A DNA stretch of 64,000 bases from an uncultured virus (IMG/VR IMGVR_UViG_3300034092_002263) (lineage: Duplodnaviria; Heunggongvirae; Uroviricota; Caudoviricetes): the IMG/VR virus record IMGVR_UViG_3300034092_002263. One strand, 5' to 3'. The translations under genes and the position numbers were made by a program. Under the pieces are notes generated by a model. The model was not told the DNA's origin. It did no database searches and saw only the letters and a list, made by a program, of their open reading frames with translations. Shown here piece by piece: positions 1 through 11,177 of this stretch; within the stretch, counting starts at the first letter, position 1, and each line of letters begins with the position of its first letter.

Positions 1-636
1 ACCACCTTCGTTATAATCCGTGGCAGTCAAACCCAAAGTGGTGGTTAGATAAGTTTGATAATCTCCAGTAATATCTAATGCCGTTGTATTAAGACCGCTT
101 GGACCGGGTGAATTTGTTAATGCCATTGGTGTTGGTATACCACCAAGTGTTGGATCAAATTCTGTCCACACATTTGTATTGGAAGCTCTATGAGATAAAT
201 TTGTAGCGGCTTGACTTGTTAGTGGATGTCTTACTTCATAAACAAATGTGGTTACTCCAACCGCATGATTATTGACAGAAGAACGGTTAAATATTATTAT
301 TCTAGGTTGAGATGTTCTTACGGCGGTAGTATGTTCAAATCTAATATTTAATGTTGCTAGATAATTAGGCAAATTAGCCAAATTAATTGCATTCGCTCCA
401 TTTAACTTAACGGTTGTTGTTTCATTAGCTGTATTTATGGGATATTGACAATTATTTAATTGGTGACCAATAGCAGTGCCATTACTAGTAGTAATCCACG
501 TTGTAGATTGGGTTTCTCCAATTGGTACTGGAGCAAAAGCTTGAGAACCAAAAAATCCAATACCACTACCGGCTTGATGATTAATCAAGTCAGGTGTACC
601 ATTTAGGACGTTTCCGTAAAACGTAATTGTTGCCAT
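1..636 (-). CDS. Putative virion structural protein, 3'-truncated by the window edge (not in the ORF track)
   Basis: ATG at 636 with GGAGA Shine-Dalgarno (SD) upstream. Frame is open to position 1 (MATITFYGNVLNGTPDLINHQAGSGIGFFG...). Beta-rich; preceded by a GTGTATAA motif. Confidence 0.75.
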   Translation of the reverse strand, partial: MATITFYGNVLNGTPDLINHQAGSGIGFFGSQAFAPVPIGETQSTTWITTSNGTAIGHQLNNCQYPINTANETTTVKLNGANAINLANLPNYLATLNIRFEHTTAVRTSQPRIIIFNRSSVNNHAVGVTTFVYEVRHPLTSQAATNLSHRASNTNVWTEFDPTLGGIPTPMALTNSPGPSGLNTTALDITGDYQTYLTTTLGLTATDYNEGG

Positions 637-667
637 ATTTTATCTCCGTTTAGAGTACTCTATAGTA

Positions 668-675
668 TTATACAC
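668..675 (-). promoter_or_regulatory. Putative late promoter element GTGTATAA
   Basis: Same motif recurs in most of the larger intergenic gaps, upstream of structural genes. Confidence 0.55.
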
Positions 676-680
676 AAACT

Positions 681-3600
681 TTATGCAATATTAACAATAA
701 AATGGTTGGTTAATTGCGGTCCAGTAGTGTATTCTGGCTCATCGTGTAAAACAAACATAATATCATTATGTACGTGAAAATAAAGCTCATATTGACCCTT
801 ATATTTAGCGTCTGAATTTCCAGAAATTTGTAAACTGGTAGATTTTTTACTATATATACGGTCTTGACCCTCGCCGCTAGAACTGGTTAATCTTGTTCTA
901 TTTGATCTTGGTTTTGGTCCAGCATCCCATTCTAAGGCATCATAGCACAAACCTTCAGTAAATTTTATATATCTAGATGGGCCACCATTCTTGGGCTTAA
1001 TAATAAATTGTTTTCCAAGATTTTGTGGAAAATCAGATGGTAAAAATCCACTGCCCATATATGCATAAGTTAAGTTTTGAGTTACTACTGGATTATAAGA
1101 AATATCACCGCCAACCGGCATAGATCCTAAATGTTTAGTAATTAAATCTTGAATTCTATATAGTTTTACTATGAATCTATTTGGATTAGCCGATTTATAT
1201 TGTACTATTACTCCACCGGGTAGTTCAAATTCGTCATCTTCTGCAAAATTATCAGCCCAAGGATAAGTTTCATTAGGTATAGTGCTATCGGGCATAAGTG
1301 TCAATGTTGTCCATTTTACACCTATGACTCTTTTATGATAAAAATACCCATATTTTGTCACCAATTTGCCTCTACGACTAATATCAATATTCCATAATGG
1401 TTCTGTTCTTAATATAGTACTATGATTAATAGTTGCTCCAGCAGGAACGGTAACACCATCATTTCCATATCCAGATGCTGGCACAGTAGATAGAAATCTA
1501 AGATCTACTAAAGCTCCGGCACTAGTACTAGTAGCGTAGGCTGGAAATGAAGATAGAGTTTGATTTTGATTGGTAAAAGATTTCGTCTCACCATAAGTCG
1601 GAACTCTATAATCTACATCTGTTTTAGGTGGAAAGTAATAAATATCCTCTTGTGGTAAAGATTCCCATTCATCGCTGTATGGCCTCCTGACGGCGTTAGC
1701 GTAATTTGCAACTTTTATTTTTTCTGGACGCTCTACAGCCCTGTCATACGGACCATTAGATCCGGGAAACGTTGGATTAAAATGTAAACATGTAAAATAC
1801 TGAGGAATCCACACGGTTTGTTCTTCGGGCCAATAATCCCAAGCTTGAACGTGTATCGCCGCTGTACCAAACTGATCAATATTATCATTCCCTCTAGTAC
1901 CCCAAGTTGGGACTACGCCCTCTATTCTTCTTCCGCGATTATCTGTACTCCATCCTAAAAGCGCCCCAAGTATTGTAACTTCAATATTTCCACCACCTCC
2001 ACCGCCGAACCATCTACCTTTCATTCCAAATTGTTCCGTTGTGTTAAATGTAGCAGTCCAAGAACCGCCACTTCCTTGGTTCATAATTAACCTTGCCGCC
2101 GTAATGCCAACACCGTTAGAGCCTCTATATGGAGTATATAAAGCTAAATCTCCACCCCACATAGTCAATGCCCCAACTGGCGTATTTAAAGGTTCATATT
2201 GCACATATAAATCATATGGAAGACATGGCGATATGTTAGTTACTCCAGCCCCATTCAAAAAAGACCCTTCTCTATTGAGTAGACCCGCAGGTGGAGATGC
2301 AGAACGTCTTGCTAAAGTTTTTTGCGCTAAAATACTACCCTCTCCATAACGCTGAGTAGAACCTGACTGTTCTAATACTCTATTTAATATAGAAGCAGAA
2401 GATGTATTAAATGCCCTAATTACATCGCTTCTACTTACACTGCCATGTATTCTATCCGGCCACCAAGGCGCGTCGTAGTTAGCCACCGTATCGGAAGCAC
2501 CAACTAATTCTGCACTCAATAAACTAAATTGTATTGTTAATGGATCGTTTGGTTGCACAAAACCAGAACCATATACTGGATAATCAGATCTATAATTTGG
2601 ATAGAATGGATAATTAACATTAGACATGTTTAGATGACCATAAGGCCAAAAACTTAGGTTAGCTTGTTCTTGATTGAATCTTCTTATTAATTCTACAGAA
2701 TATTGCGCTAAATTATTTGGCATTGCCGCAAAAGCTGGAACTTCATTTTTATCTGTAAAATTACATTTCCATCTATTATTAGGTCCAGAGCGTGGAGAGG
2801 TTAATCTATTTACCACATTTGTCATTCCTCCGGGGAACATTGGACCCCAAAATAAAGGATAATATATTTGATCAAATTGTCCACCAGTTTGACCCTGCGG
2901 TGGAATTGTAACATTGATTTTATTGAAAAAGGTTAATAATTGCGATGGAGTAGTAACTTCACCATCGTCACCAACTTCTGCTTGTGTCTCTTGTATTAAA
3001 TCAAAAACTTCCCAAGGATAATATGGAAATATAGTACCTTCTACCCAACTATTGTCATAATTATTACCCACCGGTTCATTGGACATAAATGTAGAATAGG
3101 CGTAATAATACTTTTTACGATATAGTTGTATGACTTCTTCTGGAGTAATTGATGGTCTAGCAATTAAAGGTGGTAAAACCATTGTTCTAAAATACTCATC
3201 AGAATCCGCATAAAACTGAGAAAAAATCCATCTTCCCGGCCTTGGTGGAAGTTGAACAATATTATCAGAAGTATATTTGCCTATTATAAACTCACCATCT
3301 ATTTTATGTACTGTAACTATTTCTCCACGCTTGAAACTAATATTAGATCTGTTAACTACACGTATGGTTTCCACTTTAGATGATGTTTTACATTTAACAA
3401 TATGTGGCCCAAAGCAATGTGGATTTTTATTATTCATGCCAACCGGAGCCGCAGTACCCGTCGTAAAAGAAGACATTTTGTTTGGGGCGTTACGTCCATA
3501 AAAATCAGAAGCAGTTCTACCTTGAATATTGTTAGTGTCTAACACTATATCAGAAATTTCTACGGGTTCAACGTCTGTTAATAATTTAGCTAAAAATGTA

Positions 3601-4313
3601 GAAGAAGCTTCAAATTTTCCAGTATTCGGATTATAATTTAAATCTAATTCTCCAGCAATGGCATTTTTAGGATCATGCAAAATATCTCCACCCTCAAACG
3701 TTCCGGTTTGTCCAGTTTTATCTGTTAATGATGCAGAATATGGAGTGCCAGCAACCGTTTTTGGAACTCCTACAAAGCCTATATCAGTTCTAAGACCTAG
3801 AGTATTATTATTAGAAGTTTTACTGTCTGTTTTATTTTCTTGTAAGTAAATTTTTATTTTTTGACTTCTATCAGCACTATTATCACCTTCTATATATCCG
3901 TATTGACTATTATTAATTTCTTCTATAATTCTTTCTGTAGCCGCGTTCGAATCACTCTCTCTTAATTCTAAAGAAGTATTTTCTACATAAGTAATATATG
4001 AATTAATTTGTGAGGTAGTTAAAACATTAGGAACAAATTCAGATTGAACCTGTCTATAAAATGTCCAGTTTGATACTCCGCTACCCCAAGGACCACTGCT
4101 ACTTAAAAATGATACGAACGAATTAGTATTATTCCATATATTTACATTTTGTGAGTTTAATGTGTTTTTGTGTGATTGAGCAATTTTATTATTAGTATCT
4201 CTTAAAGCATCATAAGATTGTTTGGACAATTTATCAAATCCTGCCACATTTAACAATCTAGGTATTTCAGCCCAATGTTTTGATGGTGGGTCATATATCC
4301 TATTTGAAGCCAT
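681..4313 (-). CDS. Putative tail tip / central spike or fibre protein (1210 aa)
   Basis: Long ORF with AAGGAG SD, directly downstream of the hub-like gene. No recognisable catalytic motif; function from position only. Confidence 0.55.
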   Translation of the reverse strand: MASNRIYDPPSKHWAEIPRLLNVAGFDKLSKQSYDALRDTNNKIAQSHKNTLNSQNVNIWNNTNSFVSFLSSSGPWGSGVSNWTFYRQVQSEFVPNVLTTSQINSYITYVENTSLELRESDSNAATERIIEEINNSQYGYIEGDNSADRSQKIKIYLQENKTDSKTSNNNTLGLRTDIGFVGVPKTVAGTPYSASLTDKTGQTGTFEGGDILHDPKNAIAGELDLNYNPNTGKFEASSTFLAKLLTDVEPVEISDIVLDTNNIQGRTASDFYGRNAPNKMSSFTTGTAAPVGMNNKNPHCFGPHIVKCKTSSKVETIRVVNRSNISFKRGEIVTVHKIDGEFIIGKYTSDNIVQLPPRPGRWIFSQFYADSDEYFRTMVLPPLIARPSITPEEVIQLYRKKYYYAYSTFMSNEPVGNNYDNSWVEGTIFPYYPWEVFDLIQETQAEVGDDGEVTTPSQLLTFFNKINVTIPPQGQTGGQFDQIYYPLFWGPMFPGGMTNVVNRLTSPRSGPNNRWKCNFTDKNEVPAFAAMPNNLAQYSVELIRRFNQEQANLSFWPYGHLNMSNVNYPFYPNYRSDYPVYGSGFVQPNDPLTIQFSLLSAELVGASDTVANYDAPWWPDRIHGSVSRSDVIRAFNTSSASILNRVLEQSGSTQRYGEGSILAQKTLARRSASPPAGLLNREGSFLNGAGVTNISPCLPYDLYVQYEPLNTPVGALTMWGGDLALYTPYRGSNGVGITAARLIMNQGSGGSWTATFNTTEQFGMKGRWFGGGGGGNIEVTILGALLGWSTDNRGRRIEGVVPTWGTRGNDNIDQFGTAAIHVQAWDYWPEEQTVWIPQYFTCLHFNPTFPGSNGPYDRAVERPEKIKVANYANAVRRPYSDEWESLPQEDIYYFPPKTDVDYRVPTYGETKSFTNQNQTLSSFPAYATSTSAGALVDLRFLSTVPASGYGNDGVTVPAGATINHSTILRTEPLWNIDISRRGKLVTKYGYFYHKRVIGVKWTTLTLMPDSTIPNETYPWADNFAEDDEFELPGGVIVQYKSANPNRFIVKLYRIQDLITKHLGSMPVGGDISYNPVVTQNLTYAYMGSGFLPSDFPQNLGKQFIIKPKNGGPSRYIKFTEGLCYDALEWDAGPKPRSNRTRLTSSSGEGQDRIYSKKSTSLQISGNSDAKYKGQYELYFHVHNDIMFVLHDEPEYTTGPQLTNHFIVNIA

Positions 4314-4329
4314 AACTTACTCCTTATTT

Positions 4330-7300
4330 TTATCCGTATTGAGTACCATTTGGTAGTTGTCCATTCTTTATGGTTGGTAAACCATCTCCTCCAGATCTAC
4401 TATATGGATAAAATATATCAGTAATATTTGCTTGTCCAGTTGTAGATTCTGATACTCCAGCGTCCACGGGATTGCTAGCAAGAATACTTGCGGCATAAGC
4501 CATTTGATCATTTGACATCATACCGCCGTGTACATCTTGTTGAGAATTAGGGCTTTGATATGCTCCATTAGAATTTGGCGCACTTCCCGGAGAATTAGTT
4601 ACAGATGCAGTTATCATGGTTCCTACCTGAGAATGTCCCTTTTCGTGAGAAGAATAAAATCTATTTGCAAAACTTTCAACACTTTGTAATTGATTGATCA
4701 TCTTAGCAAATGTAACATTAGATTTTTGTCCCTTGCCCATATTTCTTCTAATTAAATCGTTTCTTTCATCTGTTATTTTTTGTTTCAGCCTATTTAACTG
4801 TTTAATATTATCGGATCTTTGTTTTTGCATTTTACCAAATGACGCTGTATATATGTCCATAGAAACTGTTGTGCTAATGCCATCAGAATCTACTTTGGTA
4901 GAAATATTAGTAACAAGTGGCCCTAAGTTTAATAAATAAGTTCCAAGTGTCCAACCAGATGGAGCGGTTGGAATTGTAAATCCACCCCTTTCATTCATTA
5001 GTGAAGCACTTGTGCCAAACTCAGCAAGTAATCTACCAGCCTTATCCATTAAATTATATCCACCATAATTCCAAGGTGCCAGAGATTCATCATGAATAAA
5101 CTCCATTTTTCCACCAATTTGTTCAAAGTCAGTATAAGCAGATAGCCAAGGGCCATAACAACGTTCTACGGAGCGTAACGGTAAAGCTACTAAATCTGGA
5201 TAAATTGGTGATGGTGAAATAATATTGACTCTATTTGTAAGATCGTATGTTAAACCTTGATATGCTTTTTTAATTGCTTCTTTTGCGGCAAATTGTATTC
5301 GTCTACCCCTTTCGCCACTTGGCATATACATATAGTCTATTGCTCTATATTCTCCACCAGTTGTTGGACCGGCGGAATTTAATCCCGGCATACCACGAAC
5401 GACATCTAATAATAGATAGTGTTTTAAGTTCATTGCGTTTATTTGCATATTCATACCATCTCTAAATCTTGTGGTCATAGTAGGAACGGCACGTTCTGGC
5501 AAAGTTATTAATGCGTACACATGTTTTGGTTTTTCTTGTTCTACATAATCCCAACATTTAGATAAATCCATTTGTTCTAATTCTTGAAATTCAGGACTTT
5601 GTGTAACTATTGGATAAATATATAAGTATCTCATTCCATATGATTTTACTAATTTACAACCGTCTGCCTCCAATACGTCTTTTGGTTCTGTGGTAATACG
5701 ATGAAAGTTATATTGATTTCCGTGTAGTTGAGAACTAGCCATTATAATAGGAGGAGCAAAATAAAAATCTGGATCTAAGTCAACTTTAATGAACGCACAA
5801 GCATTAACTGGAGTAGTTGAGGTGCCACCTATATTTACAACATTTTGAAATGCTGGAGCGGTTTCATCTAGTTTATCTGTTGGATTGTTAGAATTTTCCA
5901 TTACATATGATAAATCTGGAATATAGGCGTTACGTATAGGGTCTATAAATTGTTGACTATATGAATCTTTAGAAAAAGAAGAAAGACTAATAATATGACT
6001 ATGATCATATCTTATATATGGTTTTATTCTACCATTATCTGATTTTAAGAATTTATTATCTATTGGCTCTAATAATAACGCACTAGGTTTTATACCGGTA
6101 GCAAAATAATACCAACCACCCTCTGGTTCTGGATAATAATTAAATGAGTATTCTTCATTTGCTCGATTAAAACCTATTTTTAGCGCTCCAGCATAACCGG
6201 TTGGTTCTGATAATACTAATGCTTCTGGAGGATTCAACATATTTTCATTCATAAATGGAGAAGTATCTATGATACTCGTAGGCATTGTCCACGTTGGAGA
6301 ATTAGTAGGATCTCTTGGCATAAAACCAAATGGGCCAGAAACAATAAATTTTGTAGGTTCCCCAAGGGTATTCATTGTGTTGGTTACAATAGTTTCTGCG
6401 TTGTATCTTTTATTTACTCTTTGTGGAATTTTTACAAGAAATTTCTTTCCTAAACATTCGTCCGCAACCTTTTTAATAAAGGCGTATATAGTTTTGACAT
6501 TTTGTAAGCCCATCCTAGATACTTTATCAGCAACCGCTATAATAGAAGCCTGCGCCGTAGTTTGAATTGTAGCCCCCATGCTACTTTCGTATGTGGGTTG
6601 ATTTGGAGAATTAGAAGAATTAGTTCCATATACTTTTCTATTAGAATTTAAATTATTCAATTGTTTTTGCGCCCTAGCAGAAAATCCAGCAGATCCAGCC
6701 ATTGGAACCCCGATATTTTTGGCTCTCTGCCAATATAGAGGCCACCCATACGGTGGACTACATGGATTTAATGGTATGTCGGTTCCAGCAACAAAACCGT
6801 CTTCAGACGGGTGTGGTGGAGAAACGCACCTAGGAACAGTAATATCATATGCATGTGAAAGCTCTAAAATTTGACCATTTCCCGGTAGAACTTGGGCATA
6901 GTACATATCTTGAATATCGCCACCTTCAACAGATTCGTAATATTTGTCATTATACATTAGTAAGAATTCTATCCATCTTTCCATAGATATAGAAGCTGCT
7001 CTAAGTTCTAACTCTGTGGCGACGTAATATTTTCCAACACCGTCTGCTAATAACTCTCCAGCATCTAATGTAATTTGCTGATAAGAACCAAAGCCCCTTG
7101 GGATAGTAACAGTTTTTGGTGCAAGTGTTCCATAATAAGGTAGTATTTGTTGATTTAAACTATTGTTTATTTGATGCATACCAAACACCGGAGTAGGTGC
7201 TTGATATCTAGTAAAATAATACATTGCAACTTCATCTGCTCCAGTAACAAACTTATCTGTTGGCTCATTAGTTAATTCATATCCAAAATCTTTAACAGTA

Positions 7301-8589
7301 ACTGGATCTGGAATAGAATCTAAATATTCTCTAATTTTACCGGGTAGCGGAGGTATGCTCTTATTTATAGTAACTACTTTTATGATTCCGGCGATCATAT
7401 TTGTTGGAGTACCCGTATTGCTATTATTCCACTGCCACGTTACGCTACATGCTGAATGATTAATAACTGGAAGTAAAGTAATAAAAACTTCATGATTTGT
7501 AGCATCACATATTTCCATAATCAAATCTAATAAATTCAATTGATCATATCCTAAACGATAATGATATGGCAAGGTGGGTAAACCGCTTAAATCTACAACA
7601 TATTTTAGTCCACGAAAATAAATGTATCCACCATATCCGGCATTTACATATTCTTGTTTTTGACTTTCGCTTAATGGATTATTAACAGTTAAACCCATCA
7701 TATAGTTGACAGCTTGGGCAACTCTATAGTATGGTATACCGGCGTCTGTTCTCCTTGACATACCAGTGCCAGTTATTGGGAAGCCAGTATACAAAGATTT
7801 GATATATATTTCTGCCTGTCGCGCCGCCGGATTGATAGCAGTACTAGTTGGTAATCCCAAACTTCCATAATATACATCAGTACCAGTTCCATCGGCTTGT
7901 AATTTTTTAGAGACTGAAGGGTTGTCAAATGATCTTTGTAAAGCATTGTCTAATACGTCATGCTCTAAAAATCCATAAATATTAAGTAGGTTAGCATTGT
8001 TGGCTGTTGACCCAGCGTAATTATTAAGAATTAAAACACAGTTAGATAAAATTTCTCTTGGATCAGTAACAATAACATTATATAGTGTTCCTCCATCTGG
8101 ACTTTGTGTTTGAGTATAGGCTTGTAATATACCACCAAATACAAAGTGATAATATCCTTTATCGCCACCTGTAACGTTGCCAAAATTAGTACCGGGAGTC
8201 CAATCAAAACTGGGAACTACTGCATCATTTGTACCATAATAATCATCAAACGCTTTTTTAAAAGCTTCATCTACAGTAGCTCTTATTCTACCAAAATTAA
8301 AAAACACTGGAGTACCAACTGGTGGAGGTCTAAATCTATCTCCCGGAATCGCTCCATCTTCTCCAACTCCGTCGTGATATACATCGTGTCCTTGGCCTAT
8401 AGGTGTTTGGTCTGAAATATTAAAAGAATCAACAGCTAAATCTACAGAAAGTTGTGAAGAAGTGTCTCCAAATCCAGCAGTAACATTAAAACCGGCAATA
8501 GAACAGCCCAAAAAAGTTTGCTGTTGCATAATGTAGGGACTTGGAAAACTAGATCCAACCGATCTACTTGTTGAATGCGCTGTAGCCAT
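4330..8589 (-). CDS. Putative baseplate hub / Tal-like tail tip protein (~1420 aa; track start 8610, second Met at 8589 more likely)
   Basis: Lies downstream of the TMP and Dit-like genes. Hub-like beta segments (FVFGGILQAY, VIVTDPREIL, VTNISTKVDSDGISTTVSM) followed by a C-terminal coiled coil. Confidence 0.55.
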   Translation of the reverse strand: MATAHSTSRSVGSSFPSPYIMQQQTFLGCSIAGFNVTAGFGDTSSQLSVDLAVDSFNISDQTPIGQGHDVYHDGVGEDGAIPGDRFRPPPVGTPVFFNFGRIRATVDEAFKKAFDDYYGTNDAVVPSFDWTPGTNFGNVTGGDKGYYHFVFGGILQAYTQTQSPDGGTLYNVIVTDPREILSNCVLILNNYAGSTANNANLLNIYGFLEHDVLDNALQRSFDNPSVSKKLQADGTGTDVYYGSLGLPTSTAINPAARQAEIYIKSLYTGFPITGTGMSRRTDAGIPYYRVAQAVNYMMGLTVNNPLSESQKQEYVNAGYGGYIYFRGLKYVVDLSGLPTLPYHYRLGYDQLNLLDLIMEICDATNHEVFITLLPVINHSACSVTWQWNNSNTGTPTNMIAGIIKVVTINKSIPPLPGKIREYLDSIPDPVTVKDFGYELTNEPTDKFVTGADEVAMYYFTRYQAPTPVFGMHQINNSLNQQILPYYGTLAPKTVTIPRGFGSYQQITLDAGELLADGVGKYYVATELELRAASISMERWIEFLLMYNDKYYESVEGGDIQDMYYAQVLPGNGQILELSHAYDITVPRCVSPPHPSEDGFVAGTDIPLNPCSPPYGWPLYWQRAKNIGVPMAGSAGFSARAQKQLNNLNSNRKVYGTNSSNSPNQPTYESSMGATIQTTAQASIIAVADKVSRMGLQNVKTIYAFIKKVADECLGKKFLVKIPQRVNKRYNAETIVTNTMNTLGEPTKFIVSGPFGFMPRDPTNSPTWTMPTSIIDTSPFMNENMLNPPEALVLSEPTGYAGALKIGFNRANEEYSFNYYPEPEGGWYYFATGIKPSALLLEPIDNKFLKSDNGRIKPYIRYDHSHIISLSSFSKDSYSQQFIDPIRNAYIPDLSYVMENSNNPTDKLDETAPAFQNVVNIGGTSTTPVNACAFIKVDLDPDFYFAPPIIMASSQLHGNQYNFHRITTEPKDVLEADGCKLVKSYGMRYLYIYPIVTQSPEFQELEQMDLSKCWDYVEQEKPKHVYALITLPERAVPTMTTRFRDGMNMQINAMNLKHYLLLDVVRGMPGLNSAGPTTGGEYRAIDYMYMPSGERGRRIQFAAKEAIKKAYQGLTYDLTNRVNIISPSPIYPDLVALPLRSVERCYGPWLSAYTDFEQIGGKMEFIHDESLAPWNYGGYNLMDKAGRLLAEFGTSASLMNERGGFTIPTAPSGWTLGTYLLNLGPLVTNISTKVDSDGISTTVSMDIYTASFGKMQKQRSDNIKQLNRLKQKITDERNDLIRRNMGKGQKSNVTFAKMINQLQSVESFANRFYSSHEKGHSQVGTMITASVTNSPGSAPNSNGAYQSPNSQQDVHGGMMSNDQMAYAASILASNPVDAGVSESTTGQANITDIFYPYSRSGGDGLPTIKNGQLPNGTQYG

Positions 8590-8591
8590 AG

Positions 8592-9446
8592 TTATGTCAC
8601 CGTGGGCCAATAAAATGGATTTTCAAAAAAAGAATTAATCCAAGTTCCATCATTAGTAAAATCTACTAGCGTTGCATTGGAATATGGGCTATATGTTGTA
8701 ATACGTGTAGCATCTATATTTCTATTTTTTCTTTGTATAGGACTATCTGGCGTAACTATAAATGGAGTTAAGTTTCCTCTAATTATTGTTGTACCACTAC
8801 GTCTATTTGGCGTAATACTAAAGTTTACTAGATTATAGTGTACATAATTAAAAAATTCCAAGTCATCGTAAGAAAAATATTCTTGTGAAGAAGAGAGTGG
8901 GTTTTTACTGCTGCTACCATAAATAGTATCTGGATTATCGATATTTGTTAATCTAGGATATGTATTAACACCCTGTGTAACATTAAATTGTGGTTTTAAT
9001 ATAGAAACTGGTTGGTTTGATGCTAGTGTTGTTGATATATATCTATTTGTACCAACTATTTGATCTATAGATAATATAGTGCCAAGAAAAGCAACAGAAA
9101 GAAAACCCTTTCTCCATGAGTTACCAGTGGAGGCGTCAAAGAATTGATCATCTAATGACTCAAGAGATTGTGGGTAGTGAGTCCAAGGATCTTGATATTT
9201 AAATCTATCATAAAATTCTGTTTTAACTTCATCTTCGTATTGTTCTTGAAATTTATCAAACTCTTCTCCAAGCGCATTAGATAATGCGGGGGTATATGGT
9301 CTATATTGTCTGTGGGTATTTTCAAATGATAAACTCTTAAAAAGAGCAGAAATTAATCCATCTAGAAAATATTCTTTGGTAGAATTATTTATATCTGAAT
9401 AATCTGGAAATGTATTATGTTGATCTGAGTTTGTTGGATATGGCAT
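8592..9446 (-). CDS. Hypothetical tail-tip region protein (284 aa)
   Basis: ORF tightly packed between tail-tip genes. Confidence 0.6.
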   Translation of the reverse strand: MPYPTNSDQHNTFPDYSDINNSTKEYFLDGLISALFKSLSFENTHRQYRPYTPALSNALGEEFDKFQEQYEDEVKTEFYDRFKYQDPWTHYPQSLESLDDQFFDASTGNSWRKGFLSVAFLGTILSIDQIVGTNRYISTTLASNQPVSILKPQFNVTQGVNTYPRLTNIDNPDTIYGSSSKNPLSSSQEYFSYDDLEFFNYVHYNLVNFSITPNRRSGTTIIRGNLTPFIVTPDSPIQRKNRNIDATRITTYSPYSNATLVDFTNDGTWINSFFENPFYWPTVT

Positions 9447-9448
9447 AA

Positions 9449-11176
9449 TTATTCACTAAGTTCATATGTCCAAGAAAGATTTAAAGTATATCTACCCTCT
9501 GTTGCATTCCAAGTTTCTGATGGCGCATTTTGAAAATATCTTCTAATGCCCGGTTCGTTTGCCGGGCTATATATACCTATTAATCTATCTAGCTCTCCTC
9601 TAAATGGTTCTAAAAGACTTGGTTTAGAATATAACAAGTTTCTTCTCAAAACGGAATTTTCTAAATTACTAGCTCTACCATATCCTATCCAAGTTTGATC
9701 TAATATAACCTCAATAGATAAATCTCGTTTAAATTCAGTTCTACCATAAGTATATTGCAATACCGGGCCGGTTGGTCTGCCCAATATTGGTATAACAGCA
9801 AAAACATCTCCGGGATAAGTATCGGTAACTTCGATTTTTTCTGACATAACTCTAGAAAAGAAATTTGTGGGCCTAGAATCAAACTCAAGATTATATGTAA
9901 TTTCACCATTTATTGGATTAGTACCTATAGCTACTGATAATGGTTGACTATTTAAAGTTAATCCAGTAAGAGAATTACATCGTTTATATATAGAAGATAA
10001 ATTACCAAATTGACCATTTCTTGTTAATTTTTGATAAGCAATTTTAGCCCTTTCGACTTCTCCATCCTCCATAGAGGATAGAGTAGTTCTATTTGTAGTA
10101 TCAAAAATTCCAGAAGCGTACTCTTCTGGTATCCACTCTGATAATCCTTTAATTGTACCATCGATAGAGATTTTATGATATGGAGAATCTTGACCATTTG
10201 TGATATTATGGCTAAATGTTTCAATGGCTTTAGATCCAGTTGGAGCAATAATAAACGTATCTGTAATACTATAAGAACCTTCAGACACATTTTCTTGTTC
10301 AGATCTTTCCCAATTATATAGTTGTAATTGATCATTTCCTGGATTGTCAACATTGAGCGTATCGCTAAAAATTTTATCACGTATTGCTAAACGTAGAGCA
10401 AGTGGATCTGTGTCTGAAATATAATGATGAAGAAAACTTTTAGCTAAAATACAAGACTTTACTCCCGGTATATCTTGTCCAAGCATTAGTCCAGTTTGTG
10501 TTCCACCTCTGCCTATTATGCTACTATACTGCGCATCATAAATAATTGGTTTACCAGTTGCCTGCAATGTCCTAGTATATTTGAAATATCTATTAGTAAT
10601 TGGATAATGTTGTGCATCTGATCCGTCGTGATAACAATATCCATATTCACCAGTGATCGGCTCTATAGATATATCTTCACTTAGGCTACTTATAACAACT
10701 GGGTCGTTAAGCACTGGAAATTCTGCTATATTATTGCAATTTATTAGTGGAGCAGAATGGCTTCCTTCCCACTTATCATAAGCTTTAAAGGTAGCGGTGA
10801 ATTTACAATATTGCCAATATGTTCCTTCCTCAAAATCTAAAGTTTGTAATATTGGAAAATATGTGGCTATAGGAGTGCCATTAACATCGTTTAATTCTAA
10901 TCTAAGTTTTTTATCTGTAAAATATAGTCGTAATCTTTCTTGTCCATCAAATGCTGCGCCAACTCTAGTACCACCCGGACTAGATTGTGGTGGAGGATTA
11001 AAAGTACCTTGAGCAGAACCAGAAGTCATAATATAACCATTTAATGTTATATCATATTCTTCTCCATAAGACCTTTGATGATCTCTAAGGTGATTAACAG
11101 AAATAGATACAAAAGGCGTTGGATCTAAGAATATTCGTCCACCTTCGGTATAAATATATAGCGCATTTGTAGCCAT
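9449..11176 (-). CDS. Putative distal tail (Dit-like) / tube-fold baseplate protein (575 aa)
   Basis: Repeated tube-like beta motifs (YDITLNG, YTRTLQATG, ISIDGTIKG, GEITYNLEF, GRYTLNLSWTYE); position after the TMP region. Confidence 0.5.
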   Translation of the reverse strand: MATNALYIYTEGGRIFLDPTPFVSISVNHLRDHQRSYGEEYDITLNGYIMTSGSAQGTFNPPPQSSPGGTRVGAAFDGQERLRLYFTDKKLRLELNDVNGTPIATYFPILQTLDFEEGTYWQYCKFTATFKAYDKWEGSHSAPLINCNNIAEFPVLNDPVVISSLSEDISIEPITGEYGYCYHDGSDAQHYPITNRYFKYTRTLQATGKPIIYDAQYSSIIGRGGTQTGLMLGQDIPGVKSCILAKSFLHHYISDTDPLALRLAIRDKIFSDTLNVDNPGNDQLQLYNWERSEQENVSEGSYSITDTFIIAPTGSKAIETFSHNITNGQDSPYHKISIDGTIKGLSEWIPEEYASGIFDTTNRTTLSSMEDGEVERAKIAYQKLTRNGQFGNLSSIYKRCNSLTGLTLNSQPLSVAIGTNPINGEITYNLEFDSRPTNFFSRVMSEKIEVTDTYPGDVFAVIPILGRPTGPVLQYTYGRTEFKRDLSIEVILDQTWIGYGRASNLENSVLRRNLLYSKPSLLEPFRGELDRLIGIYSPANEPGIRRYFQNAPSETWNATEGRYTLNLSWTYELSE

Positions 11177-11177
11177 T